NCBI GenBank assembly: GCA_937863095.1
Contig: CALMCP010000083.1
Location: 1 to 35,606 of the forward strand
Direction of reading: 5' to 3'
DNA from: an uncultured Candidatus Saccharibacteria bacterium
GTDB taxonomy: Bacteria; Patescibacteriota; Saccharimonadia; Saccharimonadales; Saccharimonadaceae
DNA: 35,606 nucleotides
The notes under the pieces were generated by a model. That model was not told the DNA's origin and did no database searches. It was given only the letters and a program-made list of their open reading frames with translations. The stretch's first letter is position 1. The number at the start of each line of letters is the position of its first letter. This document shows, one piece after another, positions 17,359-24,653 of the stretch. A program made the translations under genes and the position numbers.

Positions 17359-18552
17359 ATGAAGATGCGACGATTGACGCGTATGCGTGGTATATGGGTG
17401 ATAGTTGGGCTGGTGATAGTTCTGGGTATCGGCACAGGAGTTGTGCTTGCTCTGCGCCAGACTCAAAAGCAGCCAGTTTCTTCCCCTGAGCCAGTGCAAC
17501 GGAAGGAGCAGGTGACGCCGCCAGCTGAACTGTCACTGCAATTTGCTGCCATGGGCGATATGCTGCCGCACGACTCAGTGGTGGCGCAGGCCAGGACGGC
17601 TGATGGTTATGATTTCTCTGGTTATTTTACAGCTATCAAACCGCTCTACACCGGGAGCGATGCGGTATTTTGCAATGCCGAGTCACCATCGGCTGGCGCA
17701 GCGTTTGGTATCAGCGGCTATCCGGCATTTAACGCGCCGACGGAGTTTGCCCGCGACCTAGCGGGTGCAGGCTGTAACGTTATAAACGTAGCAAACAACC
17801 ACATGGCCGATAAAGGGCAAGCGGCGCTGAGTGCAACCGTGGAGGAGTGGCAGAAGCTCAAACCGCTCGCAGTGGCTGGCGCGAATCGTTCGGCTGAGGA
17901 GCAACATCAGGTGCGCTACTTTGAGAAAAATGGTCTCAAAGTAGCATTTGTAGCGTTCGCCGACTTTAGTAATATTGCCCTGCCTCAGCCGTACAGTGTC
18001 AATCTCTATCACGACCGCGGACTCGTCGAGCGGCTGGTGCGTGAAGCGCGTTTGCAGGCCGACGTGGTGCTGGCATCGATGCACTGGGGTACGGAAGATG
18101 CGCATGTGGTCAATGCCGACCAGCGAGCGGCAGCGCGGCTCTTGGCGGACCTAGGCGTGGACGTGATTGTCGGCACGGGGCCGCATGTATTGCAGCCAGT
18201 CGAGTGGTTAGAGCGGCCCGATGGCGCCAAGACGCTCGTATGGTACTCTATCGGCAACCTGCTTTCGAGCCAACTTCAGTCTAACCAGTTGACAGGTGGT
18301 GTGGCGCTGTTCAAAGCGACAAAGAAAGACACCGGTGTCATCATTTCTGATGTTCAATTCAAGCCGACATTTATGAGCTACCAGTGGTCGGCCGCCGATA
18401 AAGCGGCGCAGCGCCTGCTGGCTCGTCATGATTTGAAGTTACAGCCGCTCGCTCAAGCCGGAGCCGAGACGGGCATGTTTGGCACAACGGTTGCCGAGCA
18501 AACCGCGCGAGTGCGGGAGTGGTTGGGACCGGACGTGGAAGTTACGAACTAG
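17359..18552 (+). CDS. CapA/PGA_cap family metallophosphoesterase-like protein
   Basis: N-terminal TM helix; GDML.HD, CNAE, ANNH..D.G, SMHWG.E, G.GPHV and YSIGN motifs. Start ATG 17359, 6 nt after TACAAT. Confidence 0.9.
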   Translation: MKMRRLTRMRGIWVIVGLVIVLGIGTGVVLALRQTQKQPVSSPEPVQRKEQVTPPAELSLQFAAMGDMLPHDSVVAQARTADGYDFSGYFTAIKPLYTGSDAVFCNAESPSAGAAFGISGYPAFNAPTEFARDLAGAGCNVINVANNHMADKGQAALSATVEEWQKLKPLAVAGANRSAEEQHQVRYFEKNGLKVAFVAFADFSNIALPQPYSVNLYHDRGLVERLVREARLQADVVLASMHWGTEDAHVVNADQRAAARLLADLGVDVIVGTGPHVLQPVEWLERPDGAKTLVWYSIGNLLSSQLQSNQLTGGVALFKATKKDTGVIISDVQFKPTFMSYQWSAADKAAQRLLARHDLKLQPLAQAGAETGMFGTTVAEQTARVREWLGPDVEVTN

Positions 18553-19357
18553 TCAGATGTTCCGACGCCTCGTCAAGTGTCAGGCCTGACTCGACGAGGG
18601 CTTTAGCGAACTCGGGACCGACATAGCGAAAATGCCACGGCTCGTAGGTATAGCCGGTAATGGCTTCTTTGCCGTCGGGATAGCGCAGGATAAAGCCATA
18701 CGCTGAGGCGTTTATCGCTAACCACTTGCCTGCCATGGTGTCACCGAAGCAGCGCTCGAGGCGACAATATTGGTCGGCGGTCGTTAAGTCAACGGCCAGA
18801 CCTGTTTGGTGCTCGCTATGCCCAGGCTTGGCGCTGAAGGTATCAGCGGCCGTCTGGCCGTAGGTTCTAACATAGTTGGAATAGTATATCTGTTGTGACT
18901 CGGCACTGCGAAATCCGCTGCCGATTTTCAGCTCTATCCCTTGAGCGCGGGCGGCACTAAACAAGTCGGTGAGCTGGTCGATGATGATGCTGCGGACTGA
19001 TTTCTCATCGGTCGATTTGTCGGCCTGCGCAAGGTCGTGTGCCACCACAAGGTCGCTTGGGCGATAGGATGTGTCGCTGAGTGGGTGTGTTTTGTTGACG
19101 AGCCGCCAGAGATGGTCGTCGCTCGTATAGTTCCCTGCTATCTTGGGGATGGGCGTGGCGTTCGGGAGGGTGATTGTCTCTGGGGTGGGCTCTTTTTGGG
19201 TGACGCGCTCCGTTGTTTTTGGGAGCGTTTCGGGGTCGTTAATCAGTTCGTCTCTATCGGTCAGTTGCCAGATGGCCAGCGCAGAGATGGCGCCGAAAAC
19301 TGCGATGATGATTGCTGAGATGAGCGTGTATTTCTTTGGTGTTTGGTTCAGTTTCAT
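18542..19357 (-). CDS. M15B (VanY-like) D,D-/L,D-carboxypeptidase
   Basis: N-terminal TM helix; LVNK, SGFRS, SAKPGHSEHQTGLAVD and YEPWHFRYVG motifs. Confidence 0.93.
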   Translation of the reverse strand: MKLNQTPKKYTLISAIIIAVFGAISALAIWQLTDRDELINDPETLPKTTERVTQKEPTPETITLPNATPIPKIAGNYTSDDHLWRLVNKTHPLSDTSYRPSDLVVAHDLAQADKSTDEKSVRSIIIDQLTDLFSAARAQGIELKIGSGFRSAESQQIYYSNYVRTYGQTAADTFSAKPGHSEHQTGLAVDLTTADQYCRLERCFGDTMAGKWLAINASAYGFILRYPDGKEAITGYTYEPWHFRYVGPEFAKALVESGLTLDEASEHLTSS

Positions 19358-19383
19358 GACCCTATCCTTTCATTATACCATAC

Positions 19384-20184
19384 TTATATATCTATGTCAA
19401 TACTGACTGGGCAGTGATCAGATCCTATCTGTTCGGGGTGAATCTGTGGATTTTTCACGCGGTCGGCGATGGAGTGTGAGGCGAGCCAGTAGTCTATCCG
19501 CCAGCCGACGTTGCGCGCACGAGCATTGGCCCAGTGTGTCCACCAAGAATACGCCCCTTCTTTGTCGGGGTACGCTGCGCGAAACGTATCGACAAACCCA
19601 GCGTCCAAAAACGCCTGAAAGCCCGCTCGTTCTTCGTCGGTAAACCCATGTTTACCGATGTTGGGCTTGGGATTGGCCAGGTCTATCTCCTGATGAGCGA
19701 CATTGAGGTCGCCGCAAAACAGCACTGGCTTGGTCTTTTCGAGCTCCATGACGTGTGCGAGAAAGGCCGGGTCCCACTTGTCGTGGCGTAGCTCGAGCCG
19801 GCTCAAGTCACCCTTGGAGTTGGGCGTATAAACCGTCACGACCCAGTATGCGTCAAACTCAGCTGAAATTACTCTACCCTCATGTGTCGGGTCACCATAG
19901 TTGTCGGATGTTAAATTATACTTTTCGGCTAGCGTCTCGGCAAACCCGTATATTACCGACAATGGCTTCGTTTTACTAAATATCGCCGTCCCGCTATAGC
20001 CTGCTTTGTCGGCACTATTCCAAAACTCTTCGTACTGAGATAGGTCGATTTCGGCTTGGCCTTGTTTGGCTTTGGTTTCTTGGAGGCAGATGATATCCGG
20101 GTCGTATCGCTCGACGAATGTAGCAAACTCACCCTTGTTGATGACTGCGCGGATGCCATTGACGTTCCAGGAAAATAACTTCAT
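19384..20184 (-). CDS. xth: Exodeoxyribonuclease III / AP endonuclease
   Basis: SWNVNGIRA, CLQETK, GDLNVAH, GWRIDY and SDHCP motifs. Confidence 0.96.
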   Translation of the reverse strand: MKLFSWNVNGIRAVINKGEFATFVERYDPDIICLQETKAKQGQAEIDLSQYEEFWNSADKAGYSGTAIFSKTKPLSVIYGFAETLAEKYNLTSDNYGDPTHEGRVISAEFDAYWVVTVYTPNSKGDLSRLELRHDKWDPAFLAHVMELEKTKPVLFCGDLNVAHQEIDLANPKPNIGKHGFTDEERAGFQAFLDAGFVDTFRAAYPDKEGAYSWWTHWANARARNVGWRIDYWLASHSIADRVKNPQIHPEQIGSDHCPVSIDIDI

Positions 20185-20263
20185 ACACTCATTGTATCAA
20201 ACTGTGACATGGCCGCCCTGCACAAGAGTGTACAGGACGGCCGGGGCGGATAAGAGAGGTGCG

Positions 20264-20449
20264 TCAGCGATTGACGCGGCTGCCGCCAAGCGGCGGCCCC
20301 ATTGGTAGCTTGCCTTTGGGCAGGTTGACTCGGTCGCGGGGCTGGTATGAGTCTGCAATCGTACCGTACTTGACGCTCATCGACACCACGGTGATGATGA
20401 GCAGTACGGGGATGCCAACTACTACGGCAATCACCTCGAAAATCGCCAT
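20264..20449 (-). CDS. Small (61-aa) single-TM hypothetical protein
   Basis: AAGGAAA RBS before ATG 20449, a hydrophobic N-terminal helix, its own consensus promoter and a downstream hairpin (~20211-20244). Confidence 0.6.
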   Translation of the reverse strand: MAIFEVIAVVVGIPVLLIITVVSMSVKYGTIADSYQPRDRVNLPKGKLPMGPPLGGSRVNR

Positions 20450-20590
20450 TGATTTTCCTTTCAAAGGAAATGCCTACGTATCTCGTAGTGCGACGTACTA
20501 TGCAGTTGAGCTGCATGCCATGTCGCACCACAAGATACCCTCTCGCCGTTTTGGGTTTGGAGGACGGGAGCATATCGCTCAACCGACCCA
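20450..20590 (-). promoter_or_regulatory. Structured ~140-nt 5' leader or possible ncRNA
   Basis: Long hairpin 20478-20538 (minus strand GTATCTTGTGGTGCGAC...GTCGCACTACGAGATAC, with G-U pairs) and an RBS-occluding hairpin TTTCCTT-TGA-AAGGAAA. Confidence 0.55.
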
Positions 20591-20595
20591 TCACA

Positions 20596-20624
20596 ATTAT
20601 ACCTAGTAATTGCTAATACGTCAA
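20596..20624 (-). promoter_or_regulatory. Consensus sigma70 promoter
   Basis: TTGACG-17 bp-TATAAT on the minus strand. Confidence 0.75.
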
Positions 20625-21883
20625 TGTTTGGAGCCAATAAGCTGACGGTATAACTCAAGGTAGCGTTCTACGGTGAAATCTGGTTGTAGTTGTTTGGCGA
20701 TTCGCATGGAGGCAGAGGCCTTTTCTTTGCGCACCTCTGGGCTGTTGAGTGCCGTCAAGCACGTGGCAAGTGCCTCTGGTCCCGGATCAGTGGCGAGGAG
20801 ACTGTTATCGGAGTTTACGCCAACATCAAGCCTATCATCGCAGTAGACTATTGGTAGGCCGGCTACGGCTGCCTCTGACAATGTGATAGCCTGCGTGTCA
20901 AACCGGTATGATGGCATGATAAACGCATCGGCATTGACGTATAATTTTGCCAACTCGTCCATGTTGCTCATATGGTCATGGAAAAAGATGTTGTCGCGAG
21001 TTCCGGCGAGTTTACTGAGCGTGCCGAGTTGGTCGCCGGAGCCGACGATATCGAGCTGACTGTTTGGTATATCTGCTGTGACAAAGGCCCGTAGCGCTGC
21101 ATCGACGCGCTTTTCTTTGGACAAACGTGAAACACAGAGGAAGCGGACTGTTCGGTCGGTACGGCTGCGTTTTGCTGCGAGAACTGCACTGCTAAAGAGC
21201 GGATTGACACCAGTCGGTACGATGTGTCCGTGCGCGCCAAAGCCCTGTGAGCACTCGTCGATACGGCGTTTCATGAACAGTGCCGGCGTCGTGTAGGCAT
21301 CGACGCGTGAGGCGATAGTAGCGAGTGAGTGCCAGTCAAATCGTGCGAAAAATGACGTCGCGTCACTGCTGGCTTTGGGGATGATAACGTCGTCAGAAAA
21401 GCGTTTTTTGCTGACCGCGGCAATGGACGGGTTGATGAGCAGGAGATAGGCCATCGACCCCCAGAATGAGGCGAATGGGTTGGTTTCGTGCGTTCCGGCG
21501 AGATTTGCGTGGAAGGTGTGAAGGTGCGGGATGTGCTGTAGTTTGGCGAGGCGTGCAGCGAGGATGAGCGCTCCCCTTTCGGTCTGGCTGTGGACGACGT
21601 CAAACTGGGCCTGCGTGCTGATGCGCACGGCGATTCGTCGCGAGTACTGCAAGATACACATGTACGCTGGCGTGCCTGGGATGTAGAGTGATGGTACGAC
21701 GATGGTCGCACAGTTTTCGGGTGCTTGTAGGGAGTGCTTTGGCGCGATAAGCGTCACGTCATGACCGAGGCGCACGAGTTCATTGATTTGCGTTTGCACT
21801 GAACGAGCTATCCCGCCCGAGGCTGGGTAGAAGTCATCAATAACAATCGCAACTCGTAAGCGTTGGCCGGGCTGTTTCTTCAT
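20621..21883 (-). CDS. GT4 glycosyltransferase (diacylglycerol glucosyltransferase-like)
   Basis: DDFYP..GG, VVHSQT, HTFH, VSRLSKEKR and PS..FDTQ....SEA motifs. Confidence 0.88.
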   Translation of the reverse strand: MKKQPGQRLRVAIVIDDFYPASGGIARSVQTQINELVRLGHDVTLIAPKHSLQAPENCATIVVPSLYIPGTPAYMCILQYSRRIAVRISTQAQFDVVHSQTERGALILAARLAKLQHIPHLHTFHANLAGTHETNPFASFWGSMAYLLLINPSIAAVSKKRFSDDVIIPKASSDATSFFARFDWHSLATIASRVDAYTTPALFMKRRIDECSQGFGAHGHIVPTGVNPLFSSAVLAAKRSRTDRTVRFLCVSRLSKEKRVDAALRAFVTADIPNSQLDIVGSGDQLGTLSKLAGTRDNIFFHDHMSNMDELAKLYVNADAFIMPSYRFDTQAITLSEAAVAGLPIVYCDDRLDVGVNSDNSLLATDPGPEALATCLTALNSPEVRKEKASASMRIAKQLQPDFTVERYLELYRQLIGSKH

Positions 21884-21910
21884 CTCTCTTCTTAGTGTAT
21901 CATCTGAGCT

Positions 21911-22041
21911 TCAAAACCCCCACTCCCCACCATATCCCTCGGATACCGCTTCACGCCTGTTATATTTGCTCCTGGCTAAACATAACAGGGTTGCACTTCG
22001 CCTAAGTATCCTCGAGATACGATAGCGAGCGGGGGTTTTGA
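21911..22041 (-). repeat. Structured palindromic element, copy 2
   Basis: Outer arms TCAAAACCCCCACTC / GAGCGGGGGTTTTGA. Core 21938-22013 reverse-complements to GAGGATACTTAGGCGAAGTGCAACCCTGTTAT...ATAACAGGCGTGAAGCGGTATCCGAG. Confidence 0.8.
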
Positions 22042-22086
22042 GACGTAAGCTCTCTAGAGCTCACTGTGGTATAATAAAACCAATAC

Positions 22087-23376
22087 ATGCGTATAGGACT
22101 ATTTACCGATACCTATCGGCCGTCGATTAATGGCATCGTGTTTGTCGTTGAGTCGCTCAAGCGAGAGCTGGAAACGCTAGGTCACGAGGTGTTTGTGTTT
22201 TGCCCGGCCAAGACGATGACGCCGAGCAAAGACGATGAGCTGAGCGATAACGGCCACATCATCCGCTTTCCCAGTGTGAAGGGGGCGTTTTTTGATGACT
22301 ATGACACGTCAATCTTCTTTCCGCCGCGAGAGCTGCTGAAGATAAAACGGCTGGAGTTGGATGTGATTCACATCTTTACTCCGTCACAGATTGGCCTGAT
22401 GGGCGTACGTGCTGCACATAAGTATGATATACCGTGTGTGATTCAGCACTGCACGGATATGTACGAGTTTGCTGAGCACTATCCAGCAGTACTACCGGGC
22501 GTACTTGCTCTTGGCGGGGTGATTTTTCCACTCTCAGCCAAGTTCGACGGCAAAGATTACCGAGAGATTCTGAAGATTTATCGGCCACGTACAAGCGTGA
22601 CGAAGTGGAATCAAGACATTATAGAACAGATTATTACTATGCTGTACAGTAAGGCAGACGCAGTGATTGCATTAAGCCGCAAGAGTCAGCAACAGCTGGA
22701 GTCGTGGCAGAATGATGACTACCACTACGATATCACGCTCATGCCAAATGGGGTCAATGCTTTGCCCCGCCCAACGTCGGCACAAATTGCTGATTTTCGT
22801 AAGTCATGGGGCTTGAAAACGAACGATGAGGTGTTTGGATTTGTTGGGCGGTTGGGCGAAGAGAAAAATCTGCCAGTGCTCATCGAGGCATTTAGCAAGC
22901 GTATTGCCAGTACTCGACCGAAGTCAAAATTACTGTTTGTTGGGGACTTTGAATATCGTGCGGTATTGGAAGAGATGGCCCAGAAGACAGCCTGTGCCGA
23001 TCGGATTATTTTTACCGGTGCATTGCCGCGAGAGGAGCTTGGCGTAGCCTACGAAGTGCTCGATGTGTTCTGCTTTCCTTCCTTAAAAGATACGCAAGGG
23101 TGGGTGCTCCACGAAGCTGCACATGCACATCGGCCGATTGTTATTATTGACCAAGAAGTGTCAGAGGTGGTACGTGATGGCGAAAGTGGTGTGTTTGTTG
23201 AAAATACTGCCGATAGCATGGCGGAGGGGGTTATCTCCCTGCTCAAAAGCCCTAAAAAGCGTCGAGAATACGGCGAGATGAGCAAAAAATTGGCCGCCAA
23301 ATATACCGAGCGACGTCAAGTGCGCAAGCTCGAGGCGCTCTACCAGCGAGTCATCGCCGAGCGAGCAGACGCTTAG
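22087..23376 (+). CDS. GT4 glycosyltransferase (1,2-diacylglycerol 3-glucosyltransferase-like)
   Basis: MRIGLFTDTY.PSINGI, LGHEV.VF.P, FVGRLGEEKN and FPS..DTQG.V..EA motifs. Confidence 0.9.
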   Translation: MRIGLFTDTYRPSINGIVFVVESLKRELETLGHEVFVFCPAKTMTPSKDDELSDNGHIIRFPSVKGAFFDDYDTSIFFPPRELLKIKRLELDVIHIFTPSQIGLMGVRAAHKYDIPCVIQHCTDMYEFAEHYPAVLPGVLALGGVIFPLSAKFDGKDYREILKIYRPRTSVTKWNQDIIEQIITMLYSKADAVIALSRKSQQQLESWQNDDYHYDITLMPNGVNALPRPTSAQIADFRKSWGLKTNDEVFGFVGRLGEEKNLPVLIEAFSKRIASTRPKSKLLFVGDFEYRAVLEEMAQKTACADRIIFTGALPREELGVAYEVLDVFCFPSLKDTQGWVLHEAAHAHRPIVIIDQEVSEVVRDGESGVFVENTADSMAEGVISLLKSPKKRREYGEMSKKLAAKYTERRQVRKLEALYQRVIAERADA

Positions 23377-23836
23377 TTTCGCGGTCTTGGTCGCGGCGTT
23401 TGATGGTTTCTCGTTTGTCGTAGTTTTTCTTACCCTTGGCAAGAGCGATGACAATTTTTATAAAATTACCACTGGTCAAGAGCTTTGTCGGTACGATAGT
23501 CATGCCACGGTCTTTAGCTGCCATGAAGTGTTCGATTTGTCGGCGACTGGCAAGGAGTTTACGCGCAGCTGTGTCGACAGTTCGAGCATTTGCCTGTCCT
23601 TTCTGGTTGAGCTTGAGTGAAAAGCTGGCGTTGTTCAGCCAGAGCTCGCCGCTACGGATACTGACGAATGCCCCTTTGAGTTGAACGTGGCCGTCTCTAG
23701 CGGCGCGGACTTCCTGTCCTGTCAGGACGATGCCAGCGACTATCTCCTCGCCCAGCTGGTAATCAAACCGTGCCCGACGGTTGATGATGGCGGGAGTAGC
23801 AGTCTTGTTTGGCTTTTTTTGTGACTTTTTTGGCAT
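23351..23836 (-). CDS. smpB: SsrA-binding protein
   Basis: NRRARFDY, AGIVLTG.EV, RKLL and GKKNYDKRETIK.RD motifs. Start ATG 23836, 7 nt after TGATACTAT. Confidence 0.96.
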   Translation of the reverse strand: MPKKSQKKPNKTATPAIINRRARFDYQLGEEIVAGIVLTGQEVRAARDGHVQLKGAFVSIRSGELWLNNASFSLKLNQKGQANARTVDTAARKLLASRRQIEHFMAAKDRGMTIVPTKLLTSGNFIKIVIALAKGKKNYDKRETIKRRDQDRETKRLLARR

Positions 23837-23873
23837 ATATTCCATAGTATCATATCTGGTAGATATGAATAAG

Positions 23874-23908
23874 GCCGGGGCCGAGACGGTGAGGTCTCGG
23901 CACCCGGC
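23874..23908 (-). terminator. GC-rich hairpin downstream of the 98-aa ORF
   Basis: GCCGGGGCCGAGAC-GGTGAG-GTCTCGGC(A)CCCGGC, followed on the minus strand by CTTATTC. Confidence 0.55.
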
Positions 23909-23942
23909 GTGGGTGGATGGGTTTCTCTTCCTGGGCCGAGGC

Positions 23943-24239
23943 CTAGGGCGACTCCGCCAATGGAGCCTTCGTAGGGGGTGTGAGCAGACGAACCTTATAG
24001 TCCGTCACCCGCGAGATGATATCTCGCAGTCGGAGCTGCAAGTCTGTGTCGTCCGTGCCGGTCAGCAAAGCTTCTGCTTCACTGATGACGTGTGCGCACA
24101 AGTCTGCTAGCTCCCGACGTCCCTTCTTGTTCGTGAACACCGAGTCTTCGATGTCGAAGTTTGCGCACTTCACGCGCAGTCTCATCGACGTCTCCTCGAG
24201 GTTCTTGATGGCCTTGAGCCTATCGGTGTACGTACCCAT
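23943..24239 (-). CDS. Hypothetical 98-aa helical protein
   Basis: Preceded by TTGACT-17 bp-TATAAT (24274-24246) 6 nt before the ATG and followed by a hairpin. No family recognised. Confidence 0.65.
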   Translation of the reverse strand: MGTYTDRLKAIKNLEETSMRLRVKCANFDIEDSVFTNKKGRRELADLCAHVISEAEALLTGTDDTDLQLRLRDIISRVTDYKVRLLTPPTKAPLAESP

Positions 24240-24306
24240 TTTTTCATTATATCACACATTACAAAATAAGTCAAATATGAGTTGCCCGCCGGGGCGGCTG
24301 AGGGGA

Positions 24307-24564
24307 TTACTCCTCCTCAGCCGCACGCCGACGGGATGTACGCCACCAACCGAAGAACTCGCGTCGCTTTTCGTGGCACCAGTCCAGTCCATCTTGGGCT
24401 AGCCCGACAGCGTACACGATGGACGCAAAGACAAAGCCGATGCTGCTCACGAGCACGAGTGCCACGATGCGCACCAGCCCAGTGATAGGACTGGTTATTG
24501 TTTTGACTACGTTCTGGGTACTGGTGGGTGGCTGGGACCTTTTGGTCCGCCTATGCTCTGTCAT
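24307..24564 (-). CDS. Hypothetical 85-aa membrane protein
   Basis: GAGGAGG RBS, promoter TTGACT-17 bp-TATGAT (24629-24601), a central hydrophobic segment, and a stop codon within the hairpin at 24285-24335. Confidence 0.6.
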   Translation of the reverse strand: MTEHRRTKRSQPPTSTQNVVKTITSPITGLVRIVALVLVSSIGFVFASIVYAVGLAQDGLDWCHEKRREFFGWWRTSRRRAAEEE

Positions 24565-24653
24565 AATTCCTCCTCAGGTGGGTAGACGACAGATGACGTA
24601 ATCATACGGCATTTGTTGGGTATAGTCAATCAATCTGCTACAATACCAGAGGT

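Noticed and set aside
23874-24335. Integron attC sites between the small ORFs
   Set aside because: The hairpins lack RYYYAAC/GTTRRRY ends, the genes carry their own promoters, and no integrase is present.
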